64,000 nt of DNA from an uncultured delta proteobacterium. GTDB taxonomy: Bacteria; Myxococcota; Myxococcia; Myxococcales; Anaeromyxobacteraceae. The notes beneath the pieces were generated by a model. The model saw only the letters and a program-made list of their open reading frames with translations. It had not been told where the DNA came from and did no database searches. Where the stretch lies: assembly GCA_963845515.1 (NCBI GenBank), contig CAWJSR010000029.1, positions 128,001-192,000 of the forward strand, given 5' to 3'. Position 1 is the first letter of the stretch, and each line of letters begins with the position of its first letter. Shown piece after piece: positions 54,738-64,000 of this stretch. The translations under genes and the position numbers were made by a program.

Positions 54738-55440
54738 CTACCGGTCCACCTCCACGCCCAGCTGGGCGCGGTCGTCCGCCGGGTAGCCCTGCGGCTGCCC
54801 GCGACCTCCGGCGCGCCTGGGGGGCCACGCTCTGCCGGCGTGGAAGGCCGCGCCGGCCACCGCCAGGACGGTCCAGGCGGCGAGCAGCGCCATCGGGTGG
54901 CCGGCGAGCTCGGCCGCGATCGGGCGCCTGGCGAGGAGCCCCAGGGCTCCACCCAGGATGGTCGCTGCGCCGAGCCCTCCCGCGGCGAGGGCGGCGACCC
55001 ACTCGCGCAGCGTCGCGCCGATGGCCCCTCCGATGGCGGCGCCCGCGACCGCACCGAGCCAGGGGCGCAAGGCGATCGGGTATCGCCAGCCGACCACGAC
55101 GCCCGGGATGGCCAGGGCGAGCACGGGGAAGGCCGGCGGCCAGCCGGCGCAGACGAGCGCGCCCACTCCGCCAGCGATCCAGAGCAGCTCGGGCTGCACG
55201 GGCGAACCCGGGCCATCGAGCGCGGTCGCCAACAGCCGCGCGGTCACGAGCCCCAGCGCCGCCCCGCCTGGCAGGGCTGAGCACGAGCCGATGCCGCGCG
55301 CCGTGCAGGAGGAAGAGGACACCCACGCCGGCGAGGAGCGCGGCCCACGGCGGCGGCGCCTTCATCGCCAGCCTCGCCACGGCCGAGATGACGCTCGCCG
55401 CCTCGGAGTGGAGCAGCGCCAGCACGCCGGTCGCGGGCAC
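54738..55440 (-). CDS. Hypothetical multi-pass membrane protein (frameshift near 55280)
   Basis: Hydrophobic segments continue from ORF 54652-55440 (LLAGVGVLFLLHG) into ORF 54738-55322. Confidence 0.5.
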
Positions 55441-55450
55441 TGTGGCTACC

Positions 55451-55696
55451 TCAGTGGACGACGAGCCAGATCGTGATCGCGGATGCCGCGATCGCTCCCG
55501 CGATCCCTGCGATCACGACGGCCCGGTCGGGGGCGGTGCGGGCGACGAGCTCGCCAGCCGCCTCGCGCTCGGCGTCGCTCGCCCCGCCGTCTGCCAGCAG
55601 CTCCGCCGCCAGGCGGCGTGCCGCGCCGTGGTCCCCGGCGTCGAACAGCGCGAGCATCCTGTCAGCGCGCTCGCTGCCCTTTCGTCCCTTGCTCAT
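55451..55696 (-). CDS. Small protein (81 aa) with C-terminal TM
   Basis: MSKGRKGSERADRMLALFDAGDHGAARRLA...PDRAVVIAGIAGAIAASAITIWLVVH; TATGGT box 8 nt upstream. Confidence 0.6.
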   Translation of the reverse strand: MSKGRKGSERADRMLALFDAGDHGAARRLAAELLADGGASDAEREAAGELVARTAPDRAVVIAGIAGAIAASAITIWLVVH

Positions 55697-55847
55697 GCAG
55701 CGCGACCATAGCAGCGCCCGGCGGGGCCGCCACGGCGGCGCCACCTCCTCGATGGACGACAACTTGACCTCTCCGCGTTCAGGGATGAATAGCCTCCCTG
55801 CACTTCGCGCCGGGGGGAGACAGAGGGCCATGCCGTTCCGAGCCGAC

Positions 55848-56641
55848 ATGCGGAGGTTGGGTGCCGCGTTGCTCACGCTTGCCGCGGCGTGCAAGGGAGG
55901 CAGCGACGCCCGTCCGCTGACCTACGACGGCGCGACCACCATCAGCCGCCACATCCTGAACGACGCGATCCCCGCCTTCGAGAAGAAGGCGGCGGTGTCG
56001 TTCGGGAAGGTCGATCACAGCGGCGGGGGGAAGGGGCTCGCCCGGCTCTTCGGCGGCGAGGTGGAGATCGCCGGCGTCGCCCGCAGGCTCACCGCGGCGG
56101 AGCTGGAGCGGCGCCCCTACTTCCAGATCATCGGATACGACGCGTTGGGCGTCTTCCTCAACGGGCAGAGCCAGATCAAGGGGCTCTCGAAGGCCCAGCT
56201 CAAGGCGGTCTTCACCGGCGCCATCGTCAACTGGAAGGACGTGGGCGGCCCCAACCTCCCCGTCGTCGCCTGCACCGAGCCGCTCGACAGCGGACGGAAC
56301 ACGCTCGCCGTCTTCCAGGGGACCGTGCTCGACGAGGCGCCGTTCGGGCCGGTCCGCGAAGCCCCTGACCCGGCCGACTGCCTGGCCTTCGTCGCCAGCG
56401 ACGCCCGGCGGGGTGACCTTCGCGACGGTCGCCTACGCCATCCCCGGCGTTCGCGCCGTCGCCGTCGACGGGGTCGAGCCCACGCCGGCCCGCGTCCTCG
56501 ACTCGACCTACCCCCTCTCGCGGCCGCTGCTGCTCGTCACCCGCACGCCACCGACCGGGCCAGGTCGCCGCCTTCTTCGACTTCATGCTCTCGCCCGAAG
56601 GGCAGAAGATCGTGGGCCGGAAGTTCATCCCGGTAAGGTGA
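55848..56641 (+). CDS. PstS-like phosphate-binding lipoprotein (frameshifts near 56410 and 56560)
   Basis: LLTLAAAC lipobox; DGATT, SGGGKG, IGYDAL, VFTGAIVNWKDVGG, YPLSRPL, FFDFMLSPEGQ; no pstCAB adjacent. Confidence 0.78.
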
Positions 56642-56710
56642 TGGCCCGCGCCCGGGAACCGATCCCGCTCGGCCCCGCGCAGTCTGAACCGTAGTACCCT
56701 TCGTGGCGCC

Positions 56711-57496
56711 ATGGCCCGTCGTGCCCGCACGCTCTCCGCTCCATCGCTCGATCGCCGGCGCTTCCTGCGGCTGCTGGGGCTCGCCGCGACCGCGAGCCTC
56801 CTGCCGCCGAGCGCGCGCGCCTTCGGCGACACCTCCAGGCTGACGATCGGACAGGTCCAGCACGGAGGGCGCTGGAACCCGCGCCCGGGCGCGCTCCGCC
56901 GCCTCGGATGGGAGCTGGCGCGCCGCACGAGCATCGACCCTGCCCCCGACGCGGTGCCGATCCGGCTCGACAGGCCCGGCCTCCATCGACACCCGATGCT
57001 CTACCTCGCTGGCGACGGCCCGATGCCGTCGCTGGGCGACGGCGAGCGGTCGGCCTTGCGGCGGCACCTCCAGTTCGGCGGCCTGCTCCTGGTCGACGCG
57101 GCCGACGGCTCGGACGGCGCCGGCTTCGACGCCTCGATCCGTCAGGAGCTCGCGAGGCTGCTGCCAGCGTCGCCGCTCCAGCCGGTGCCCCGCGATCACG
57201 TGCTCTACAAGAGCTTCTACCTCATCGACCGGCAGGGCGGCCGCATCCTGGCCCGTCCCTGGCTGGAGGCGCAGGCGATCGACGGGCGGCTCGCGGTGAT
57301 CTACTCGCAGAACGATCTGGCCGGCGCGTGGGCGCGCTCGGAGCTCGGTGACTGGGAGTTCCCCTGCAGCCCCGGCGGTGAGCCCCAGCGGGAGGTGGCC
57401 TTCCGGATCGGCGTCAACGTGGCCATGTACGCGCTCTGCACCGACTACAAGGACGACGCGGTCCACCTGCCCTTCATCATGAAGCGAAGGACGTAG
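56711..57496 (+). CDS. DUF4159-family protein with twin-arginine signal
   Basis: LDRRRFLRLLG...ARA Tat signal; HPMLYLAG, LRRHLQFGGLLLVD, DHVLYKSFYL, NDLAGAW, GVNVAMYAL..DYKDD. Confidence 0.78.
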   Translation: MARRARTLSAPSLDRRRFLRLLGLAATASLLPPSARAFGDTSRLTIGQVQHGGRWNPRPGALRRLGWELARRTSIDPAPDAVPIRLDRPGLHRHPMLYLAGDGPMPSLGDGERSALRRHLQFGGLLLVDAADGSDGAGFDASIRQELARLLPASPLQPVPRDHVLYKSFYLIDRQGGRILARPWLEAQAIDGRLAVIYSQNDLAGAWARSELGDWEFPCSPGGEPQREVAFRIGVNVAMYALCTDYKDDAVHLPFIMKRRT

Positions 57497-57503
57497 TCTC
57501 CTG

Positions 57504-59774
57504 ATGGACGCGACGGTCTACGACGACTGGCGGCTCGCCGCCCTCTCGCCGCTCCCCGGCTGGGCCCTGGTGCTCGTCGGCGTCGCCGCCGCCGCGTCGG
57601 TCTACCTGGCGTGGCGCGGGCTGCGGGGCGAGCCGAGCCGGCGCCGCCGCGCCCTCCTGGTCGCGCTCCGCACGGTCTCCGCGGCGCTGGCGCTCTTCCT
57701 CCTGATCGAGCCGGCGGTGCAGCTGCTCCAGACCGCGCGCGTCCGGCGCCGCTTCGCCGTGCTGGTCGACGGCTCCCGCTCGATGGGCTTCCCGGTCGAG
57801 GAGGGCGGCAGCTCCCGGGCCGACGCGGCCACCACGCTCCTCGCCGCCCACCGCGAGGAGCTCGATCGGCTGGCCGATCGAGTCGACCTCGAGTGGTGGA
57901 CCTTCGCCGGCGACGCGGCCCCCACCGACGCGGGCGGCGCCGCGCCGCCGCGCGGTGGCAGGACGGACGTCATGGCAGCGCTCAGGGCCGCGGCGGCCGG
58001 GAGCCGGAAGCTCGCCGGTGCGCTCGTCCTCTCCGACGGCGCCGACAACGGCGCGCTCGTCGACGGGCTCGACGGCCCGGCGCGGGCGGAGCTGGAGGCG
58101 CTCGGCTTCCCCGTCAACGCGGTGGCGATCGGGACCGACGCCCCTCGAGACGTCGCGATCGAGCGAGTCGCCGTGGACGACTTCGCCTTCGTCCGCAACA
58201 CGCTGACCGTGGAGGCGACCCTGCGGGTGCGCGGCTACGGGCGGGAAGAGGTGGAGGTGGTCCTGCGGCGCGAGGGGAGCGTCGCGGCGTCGGCGAAGGT
58301 GAAGCTGGAGCCCGGGCGCGATCGCTACACGGTCCCGCTCTCCTTCGCGCCCGACGCGACGGGCACCTTCGTCTTCACGCTCGAGGCGCGGCCGCTGCCC
58401 GGCGAGGCCATCGCCGGCAACAACGCGCGCTCGTTCGCGCTGCGGGTCATCCGCGACCGGGTCCGCGTCCTGCTGGTCGCCGGGAGGCCGAGCTGGGACG
58501 AGCGCTTCCTGCGCGGCCTCCTCAAGCAGGACCCCAACGTCGACCTGGTCTCGTTCTTCATCCTCCGCCAGAACGCCGACAACCCCGGGCCGCAGGAGGA
58601 CCTCTCGCTCATCCCCTTCCCCGTGGCCGAGATCTTCGGCCCGCAGCTCAAGACCTTCGACGCAGTCCTGTTCGTCAACTTCGCGTGGTCGCCGTACCGG
58701 AGCCTCCAGATCGAGGGATTCCTCCCCGGGATCCGCGACTACGTCCTCGCGGGCGGCGCCTTCGCGATGGTCGGTGGCGAGCAGAGCTTCGGCGAGGGGC
58801 GCTACGGCGAGACCCCGATCTCGGAGATCCTGCCGGTCACGCCACTCGACGGCACCCGCGCGCTGGAGGAGGAGTTCCACCCCAGGCTCACCGCGGAGGG
58901 GCGCCGCCACCCGGTGATGCGACTCGCCGCCGGCGACGGCCCCAACGCAGGGGCCTGGGAGGCGCTCCCTGCGCTGCCGGGCGTCAACCTGGTGCGCGCG
59001 CTGCTCCCCGGCCAGGGAGCGGCGGTCCTCCTGGAGGCGCCGGGGCTCCTCGTCGACGGCCGGCCGGCGCCGGTCGTGGCCGTGCGCGAGGTGGGACGGG
59101 GCCGGACGCTGGCGGTTGCGACCGACTCGACCTGGTTCTGGGGCTTCGCCGCGGCGGAGTCAGGGCGAGGCGGGCGCGCGCACCAGCGCTTCTGGCTCAA
59201 CGCTCTCCGCTGGCTCGTGCGGGATCCGGGCACCGACGCGCTCCAGGTCGAGCCGGACGAGCGAGCGGTCGAGCCGGGTGCGCCGGTCGGCCTCACCCTC
59301 TCGCTGCGCGGTGCCGACGCGGGCCCCGCCTCCGGGAGGAAGGTCCAGGTCGAGCTGGTCGGGGAGGACGGCCGTCCCGCCACGCGCGGGGAGGCCGTGA
59401 CCGGCGCAGACGGCGAGGCGCGGCTGGAGCTGGTCCCGCCGGGGCCGGGCGCCTACCGGATCGTGGCCCGCTCCGGTGACGCAGCGGCAGGTGAGACGGG
59501 GAGCGCGGCGGTGGCCGTCCGCGGGACGGGGCCGGAGGATGCAGACGCCTCACCTCGCCCGGAGCTGCTCCGCGCGATCGCCGAGACGACTGGTGGCGGC
59601 TACGCCGAGCTGCCCGGCGGCGGCCTTCCGGATCTCGCGCTCGAGGACCCGGAGCGGGTCGAGATCGGCCGGCGCAAGGACGTGCCGATCTGGGACCGCG
59701 CCTGGTACCTCGCAGCGCTCGCGGCGACCCTCGCCGCGGAGTGGGTGCTGCGGCGCCGCTTCGGCTACTGGTAG
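57504..59774 (+). CDS. Membrane protein with vWA, Ig-like and GATase1-like (DUF1355-type) domains
   Basis: Two N-terminal TMs, DGSRSM MIDAS, LSDGADN, GRPSWDERFLR, VDLVSFFILR, MVGGEQSF, C-terminal EWVLRRRFG. Confidence 0.72.
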   Translation: MDATVYDDWRLAALSPLPGWALVLVGVAAAASVYLAWRGLRGEPSRRRRALLVALRTVSAALALFLLIEPAVQLLQTARVRRRFAVLVDGSRSMGFPVEEGGSSRADAATTLLAAHREELDRLADRVDLEWWTFAGDAAPTDAGGAAPPRGGRTDVMAALRAAAAGSRKLAGALVLSDGADNGALVDGLDGPARAELEALGFPVNAVAIGTDAPRDVAIERVAVDDFAFVRNTLTVEATLRVRGYGREEVEVVLRREGSVAASAKVKLEPGRDRYTVPLSFAPDATGTFVFTLEARPLPGEAIAGNNARSFALRVIRDRVRVLLVAGRPSWDERFLRGLLKQDPNVDLVSFFILRQNADNPGPQEDLSLIPFPVAEIFGPQLKTFDAVLFVNFAWSPYRSLQIEGFLPGIRDYVLAGGAFAMVGGEQSFGEGRYGETPISEILPVTPLDGTRALEEEFHPRLTAEGRRHPVMRLAAGDGPNAGAWEALPALPGVNLVRALLPGQGAAVLLEAPGLLVDGRPAPVVAVREVGRGRTLAVATDSTWFWGFAAAESGRGGRAHQRFWLNALRWLVRDPGTDALQVEPDERAVEPGAPVGLTLSLRGADAGPASGRKVQVELVGEDGRPATRGEAVTGADGEARLELVPPGPGAYRIVARSGDAAAGETGSAAVAVRGTGPEDADASPRPELLRAIAETTGGGYAELPGGGLPDLALEDPERVEIGRRKDVPIWDRAWYLAALAATLAAEWVLRRRFGYW

Positions 59775-59836
59775 CCGCCCGGGACACTGCCGGGCGCTCT
59801 TGCACCGGCGCTTGAAAACGGCGATACCCCCCAGCC

Positions 59837-60328
59837 ATGAAAATCGCCAATGGCACCGTCGTCAGCATCGACTACCGCCTGCACCTGGGAGACGGCAAGG
59901 TCATCGACGCCTCCGAGCCGGGAGATCCCCTCACCTACCTGCAGGGCGAGGGGCAGATCGTCCCCGGACTGGAGCGCGAGCTGAACGGGCTCGGCGTCGG
60001 CGACGAGCGCAAGGTCGTCGTCGCCCCCGAGGACGGCTACGGCGACCGGAACCCGAACGGACTCCAGCAGGTCGACCGGAAGGCCTTCCCGGACGACGTG
60101 GAGCTGAAGGTCGGGCTGGAGCTCTCGGCCGTCGGCCCCAACGGCGAGACGGTCCCCTTCGTCGTCCACGAGGTGAGCGGCGACAAGGTCGTCGTCGACC
60201 TGAACCACCCGCTGGCCGGCAAGACGCTCCACTTCGAGGTGACCGTTCGCGAGGTGCGCGCGCCCACGGCCGAGGAGCTGGAGCACGGTCACGCCCACGG
60301 CCCAGGCGGGCACGGGCACGACGAGTAG
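59837..60328 (+). CDS. slyD: FKBP-type peptidyl-prolyl isomerase SlyD
   Basis: MKIANGTVVSIDYRL, PLTYLQGEGQIVPGLE, DLNHPLAGKTLHF, His-rich tail. Confidence 0.93.
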   Translation: MKIANGTVVSIDYRLHLGDGKVIDASEPGDPLTYLQGEGQIVPGLERELNGLGVGDERKVVVAPEDGYGDRNPNGLQQVDRKAFPDDVELKVGLELSAVGPNGETVPFVVHEVSGDKVVVDLNHPLAGKTLHFEVTVREVRAPTAEELEHGHAHGPGGHGHDE

Positions 60329-60331
60329 GGC

Positions 60332-61546
60332 TCAGCGCCCCAGGTAGAGGCCGACCGCGAAGCCGGCCACCAGCGCGACGCACGCCACCGCACCAACCAC
60401 TCCCCAGGCGACCGCCGGCGGGGGCGCGGGGCGAGGGAAGGCGATCTCGGGCGTCTTCTCTCCAGGCCGGCGCGAGAGGGACGGGCCCGTCGCCTCGCCG
60501 ATTATGAGATCGTCCGAGACCGTCGTCGACTCGTCGCGCCGGGGGACGGGCATCGGACCGGTCGCCTCGCCGACGATCAGGTCGTCCGCATCATGCGTCC
60601 CCGGCTCCCCGCGCCGGACGGCGACGGCGGTGCCGGGGAGCGGGGTCAGCGACGCGACGATGGAGTCCTCGCTCACCTCCTCCGTCGACGGCGCCGGCCT
60701 GCTCGCGGCGGCGGAGGCGGTAGCGGGGGTCGCCTCAGCCTCTGCAGCCGCGGAGAGCGCCGACTCCAGCGAGCGGCGGCGGCGGCCCCGGGTCCCCACG
60801 TCGGACGGAAGCACTCCGTCCGCCCACGCCTTGACGCGCTCTGGCCCGGCGAGCGGGACAGCGGCCTCGAGCGCCTCGCGGAACCTGCCGGCGTCCTCGT
60901 AAGCCTCTCCCGTCTCCGCGGCGCGAGACGCCACCTCGGCGAGCCGGTCCGGGACGCCGGGGAGGCCGGCCGCCGAAGGGCTCTCCCCTGCGAGGCACTG
61001 CAGGAGCAGCGCCGCGAGCGCACGGACGTCTTCGGCGGGACCGGGCACCGGGCCGTCCCCCTCCGCCGCGCGGCCGAAGCCGGAGACCAGCACCCCGCCG
61101 TCGATCCCGACGAGGACCCGCTCGGCCCTCAGCGCACCATGGGCGAACGGCCGCCCCTCGACGATTGCGCGGCCATGGGAGTGGTGGACCGCCTCCGCAG
61201 CGTCGGCGACGATCCGGCCGGCGATCTCGGGCGGTATGCGAGCTCCGGTGTCGAGCAGCTCGCGAAGGCTCTCGCCGTCGCGCCATTCCTGCACCACGAC
61301 TGGCGCGTCGCTGAAGGTCTCCATCCCGAACACCCGGAGGATGTTCGGATGGAAGAGGCGCGCCGCACGCTCCACGTCCTCCGCCAGCCGGGCGAGGCGC
61401 TCCGGCGCATCGGCCACGCGGGCGGGGACGAAGGAGAGGACGACCGGCCGCGCGGGGGACTCGCGTCGGTCGACGGCCAGGCAGTTTCGCCACCCCTCGA
61501 AGGCGGAGAACTCGGTCACGATCTGGAACCGCGGGACGGTCGGCAC
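60332..61546 (-). CDS. Membrane-anchored Hanks-type pseudokinase
   Basis: LFHPNILRV, EWRDGESLRELL, HGALRAERVLV (for HRDLKPxN), SGFG (for DFG), DVRALA; C-terminal TM. Confidence 0.75.
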   Translation of the reverse strand: MPTVPRFQIVTEFSAFEGWRNCLAVDRRESPARPVVLSFVPARVADAPERLARLAEDVERAARLFHPNILRVFGMETFSDAPVVVQEWRDGESLRELLDTGARIPPEIAGRIVADAAEAVHHSHGRAIVEGRPFAHGALRAERVLVGIDGGVLVSGFGRAAEGDGPVPGPAEDVRALAALLLQCLAGESPSAAGLPGVPDRLAEVASRAAETGEAYEDAGRFREALEAAVPLAGPERVKAWADGVLPSDVGTRGRRRRSLESALSAAAEAEATPATASAAASRPAPSTEEVSEDSIVASLTPLPGTAVAVRRGEPGTHDADDLIVGEATGPMPVPRRDESTTVSDDLIIGEATGPSLSRRPGEKTPEIAFPRPAPPPAVAWGVVGAVACVALVAGFAVGLYLGR

Positions 61547-61619
61547 GGCCCGGCATGGTACACGTTCCGCGTGGCGTTGGGCGTGGCGGCCGTCACCCCT
61601 TTCCCGCTACGATGCCGCC

Positions 61620-62531
61620 GTGGCAAAGATCCGGGCGGTAGTCACAGACCTCGACAACACCCTCTACCCCTGGGTCGACTACATCGTCCCCAGCGTGGAG
61701 GCGATGGTCGACTCGCTGGTGGCGACCACGGGGCTCCCCCGCGTCCGGATCGTCCAGTCGCTGAAGGCGGTCTACTCGAAGTACGAGTCGAACGAGTACC
61801 CCTTCGCCATTCAGGAATCCGAGCTGTTCAAGCCATACGAGGCGGACTTCGACTCCTTCAACGCCCTGGTCCTGGCGCCGGCCCGCTTCGCCTTCAAGAC
61901 CGCGCGGGAGCGCTTTCTCCGCCCGTACCCGGGAGTCAAGGAGACGCTCGAGCGGCTCCGCGAGCGGGGGCTCCTCCTGATCGGCCTCACCGACGCACCG
62001 CGCAATGCTGCGGAGCTGCGGCTCAAGTGGCTCAAGCTCGACCACCACTTCGACGCCCTCTACACCCTCCCCGGCTATCCGCTCCCCGAGAACGTGGACG
62101 CCGAGATCCGGAAGCGCGACGCGGCCGGCCACTACAAGTCGCGCGTGCAGACGGTCACCGAGCTCCCCCTGGCTGCCGAGAAGCCCAGCCCCGACGGCCT
62201 CCGCCGGATCCTGGATGACTTCAAGCTGGAGCCGGGTCAGGTGCTCTACGTCGGCGACAACGTGAAGAAGGACATGCCGGTGGCCGAGGCCTGCGACGTG
62301 CTGGGCGTCTGGGCCGAGTACGGGACCTACGTCTCGTCCGAGTACCGCGACCGGCTCTCGGTCATCTCTGCCAAGGCGGTCACGCGCCGTCACGTCGCCG
62401 AGGAGACTCCGGCCCGCTGGCCGCTGTCGATCTCGTCCTTCACCCAGGTCCTCGAGGTCCTCGACGGAGCCCGGTGGATCAGGCAGCCGCGACATCACGT
62501 CCAGCCCCCGCGGAGGCGGAGGCCGGGGTAG
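61620..62531 (+). CDS. HAD-superfamily hydrolase
   Basis: DLDNTLY, PYPGV, LTD, EKPSP, YVGDNVKKD. Confidence 0.88.
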   Translation: MAKIRAVVTDLDNTLYPWVDYIVPSVEAMVDSLVATTGLPRVRIVQSLKAVYSKYESNEYPFAIQESELFKPYEADFDSFNALVLAPARFAFKTARERFLRPYPGVKETLERLRERGLLLIGLTDAPRNAAELRLKWLKLDHHFDALYTLPGYPLPENVDAEIRKRDAAGHYKSRVQTVTELPLAAEKPSPDGLRRILDDFKLEPGQVLYVGDNVKKDMPVAEACDVLGVWAEYGTYVSSEYRDRLSVISAKAVTRRHVAEETPARWPLSISSFTQVLEVLDGARWIRQPRHHVQPPRRRRPG

Positions 62532-62591
62532 ACTCCGCCCCACACCTACCCACCCCTCGCAGTGCCGGGATGCCTCGGAGAACGGACACCC

Positions 62592-64000
62592 ATGCGCCGC
62601 CAGCTGACCGCCTCGATCGCACTAGCCATCCTCGTAGCATGCGGTGGCTCGGGCGATGACAAGCCCACACCTCCCGCCTGCACCGCTGGCCTGGCCGACT
62701 GCGCCGGCGCCTGCGTCGACCTGAACACCGACGAGGCCAACTGCGGCTCGTGCGGTGACCCGTGCACAGGCGACCAGCTCTGCGCCGGTGGCGTCTGCGA
62801 GGTCACCTGCGCTGGCGGCCTCGTCGTCTGCGGCGACACGTGCTTCGACCTCCAGACCGACCTGGGCCACTGCGGCGCCTGCGGCAACCCGTGCAGCGAC
62901 GGGACGCTCTGCCTGTCCGGGGTCTGCCAACCGGCCTGTGGGCCGCTCACGAAGCGCTGCGGCTCCGGCGCCACGGCCGTCTGCGCCGACCTCGCGGCCG
63001 ACGAGGCCCACTGCGGCGCGTGCGGCACCCCCTGCGACGCCGGGCTGGTGTGTGAAGCTGGAGCGTGCGTGACGGTGACGCCGTGCGCCGAGGGAGAGGC
63101 GCGCTGCGGCGGCACCTGCGTCGCGCTGAGCGTCAGGGCGGCGGGGCTGGGCCTGCCCGGCGTCCGCGCGTCCCCGACGTCGGCTGCGCCGGTCGCGCTC
63201 GCCACGATCCGCGCCGATGGCGTCGGCGATGCCGTCGACGATCTGGTCGTGACCGAGCTCACGTCCGCCACGACCGGGCAGATCGAGGTGTTGCGCGGCG
63301 CAGGGGACGGCACCTTCACGCCTTACTCCACCCCGTCCATCGTCCCGCTCGCCTACATCCCGTCCTCGGTCGCCGTCGGTGACGTCGACGGCGACGGCCT
63401 CGCCGATCTCGTGGTCGGCACCGCCGACGCCTCCGTGACGTCCGTCGCGCTGTTCACCGGCGACGGGGCTGGCGGCTTCGCGGCGGCGCTCCTTCCAGAG
63501 CTGGCCGCCGGCCCAGGTCCGCGGGCGGTGGCGCTCGCGTACGTCGACTGGGACGGATATCTCGACCTCGTCGTCGGCAACGGCGCGGGCGTCACGTCGA
63601 ACAACCTGCAGATCTTTCTCAACGATGGCCTCGGCACCTTCGGCGCGGCCCCGGCGGTGGCTGGAGCTCCACGGCCCGCCAACAGAAGCTACAGCGTGCT
63701 GGCAGACGTCCGCCAGGTCGCCGTGGGACAGCTCGACTCCGTCGCGCTCGGGGACGACCTCCTCGCCGTCTCTGCCGGCACCACCACGGCGGGCGGAAGC
63801 GTCCTGATGAACGACGGCTGGAGCTTCACGGAGGTCAGCACCTTCACGCTCGCCGGCGAACCCACCGCGACGGTCGCGGCCGACCTCAGCGGCGACCTGA
63901 TCCTCGACTGGGCGGTGGCCCAGGCGGCGAGCAACCAGGTCGCGATCTTCGTCAACGACGGGACGGGCCTCAGCACTCCCCAGGAGCTGTTCGACGTCGC
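62592..64000 (+). CDS. Lipoprotein with Cys-rich repeats and FG-GAP/VCBS repeats (runs off the window end)
   Basis: Translated by hand (no stop in window, so absent from the track): MRRQLTASIALAILVAC lipobox; CVDLNTDEANCGSCG, CFDLQTDLGHCGACG, CADLAADEAHCGACG; GDVDGDGLADLVVG, DWDGYLDLVVG, DLSGDLILDWAV. Confidence 0.85.
   Translation, partial: MRRQLTASIALAILVACGGSGDDKPTPPACTAGLADCAGACVDLNTDEANCGSCGDPCTGDQLCAGGVCEVTCAGGLVVCGDTCFDLQTDLGHCGACGNPCSDGTLCLSGVCQPACGPLTKRCGSGATAVCADLAADEAHCGACGTPCDAGLVCEAGACVTVTPCAEGEARCGGTCVALSVRAAGLGLPGVRASPTSAAPVALATIRADGVGDAVDDLVVTELTSATTGQIEVLRGAGDGTFTPYSTPSIVPLAYIPSSVAVGDVDGDGLADLVVGTADASVTSVALFTGDGAGGFAAALLPELAAGPGPRAVALAYVDWDGYLDLVVGNGAGVTSNNLQIFLNDGLGTFGAAPAVAGAPRPANRSYSVLADVRQVAVGQLDSVALGDDLLAVSAGTTTAGGSVLMNDGWSFTEVSTFTLAGEPTATVAADLSGDLILDWAVAQAASNQVAIFVNDGTGLSTPQELFDV

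Noticed and set aside
59811..59836. Sigma-32-like promoter CTTGAA...CCCCAG before slyD
   Set aside because: The -10 element would abut the ATG, placing the TSS inside the CDS, and the ATnT part is missing.

Overview
Very GC-rich chromosomal segment, most likely from an Anaeromyxobacter-like member of Myxococcota (inferred from gene content and style, not a database match). The backbone is housekeeping: comEC (3' end), purA-hisZ, lptD, folC-accD, purM-purN, rpmB, folD, gcvT-H-PA-PB, infA, csp, ruvX-mltG, a DEAD-box helicase, an RpoH-family sigma factor and slyD. At least 13 genes, several of them core genes, carry small frameshifts, which looks like long-read or assembly indel error rather than real decay. 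No rRNA, tRNA, CRISPR array, transposase or integrase was recognised. Most notable observations: (1) an orphan two-gene unit (45454-46883) behind a well-spaced sigma-54 promoter, encoding a 308-aa protein whose C-terminus resembles type III secretion needle (SctF) subunits and which also has a translocator-like hydrophobic segment, followed by a SycD/LcrH-like TPR chaperone, with no other T3SS genes in the window; (2) a ~10 kb accessory block between hisZ and lptD with a DUF1302-DUF1329-YCF48-RND/MMPL envelope transport cassette, flanked by a truncated aromatic-acid MFS gene and a 36-codon PilZ-like remnant; (3) a complete cAMP synthesis-sensing-degradation module running into accD-folC; (4) recurrent TANNNT boxes 6-11 nt before start codons that lack an obvious SD, suggesting leaderless or very short-leader mRNAs; (5) a membrane pseudokinase, an atypical stand-alone Ccs cytochrome c maturation pair, and a Cys-rich/FG-GAP lipoprotein absent from the ORF track.
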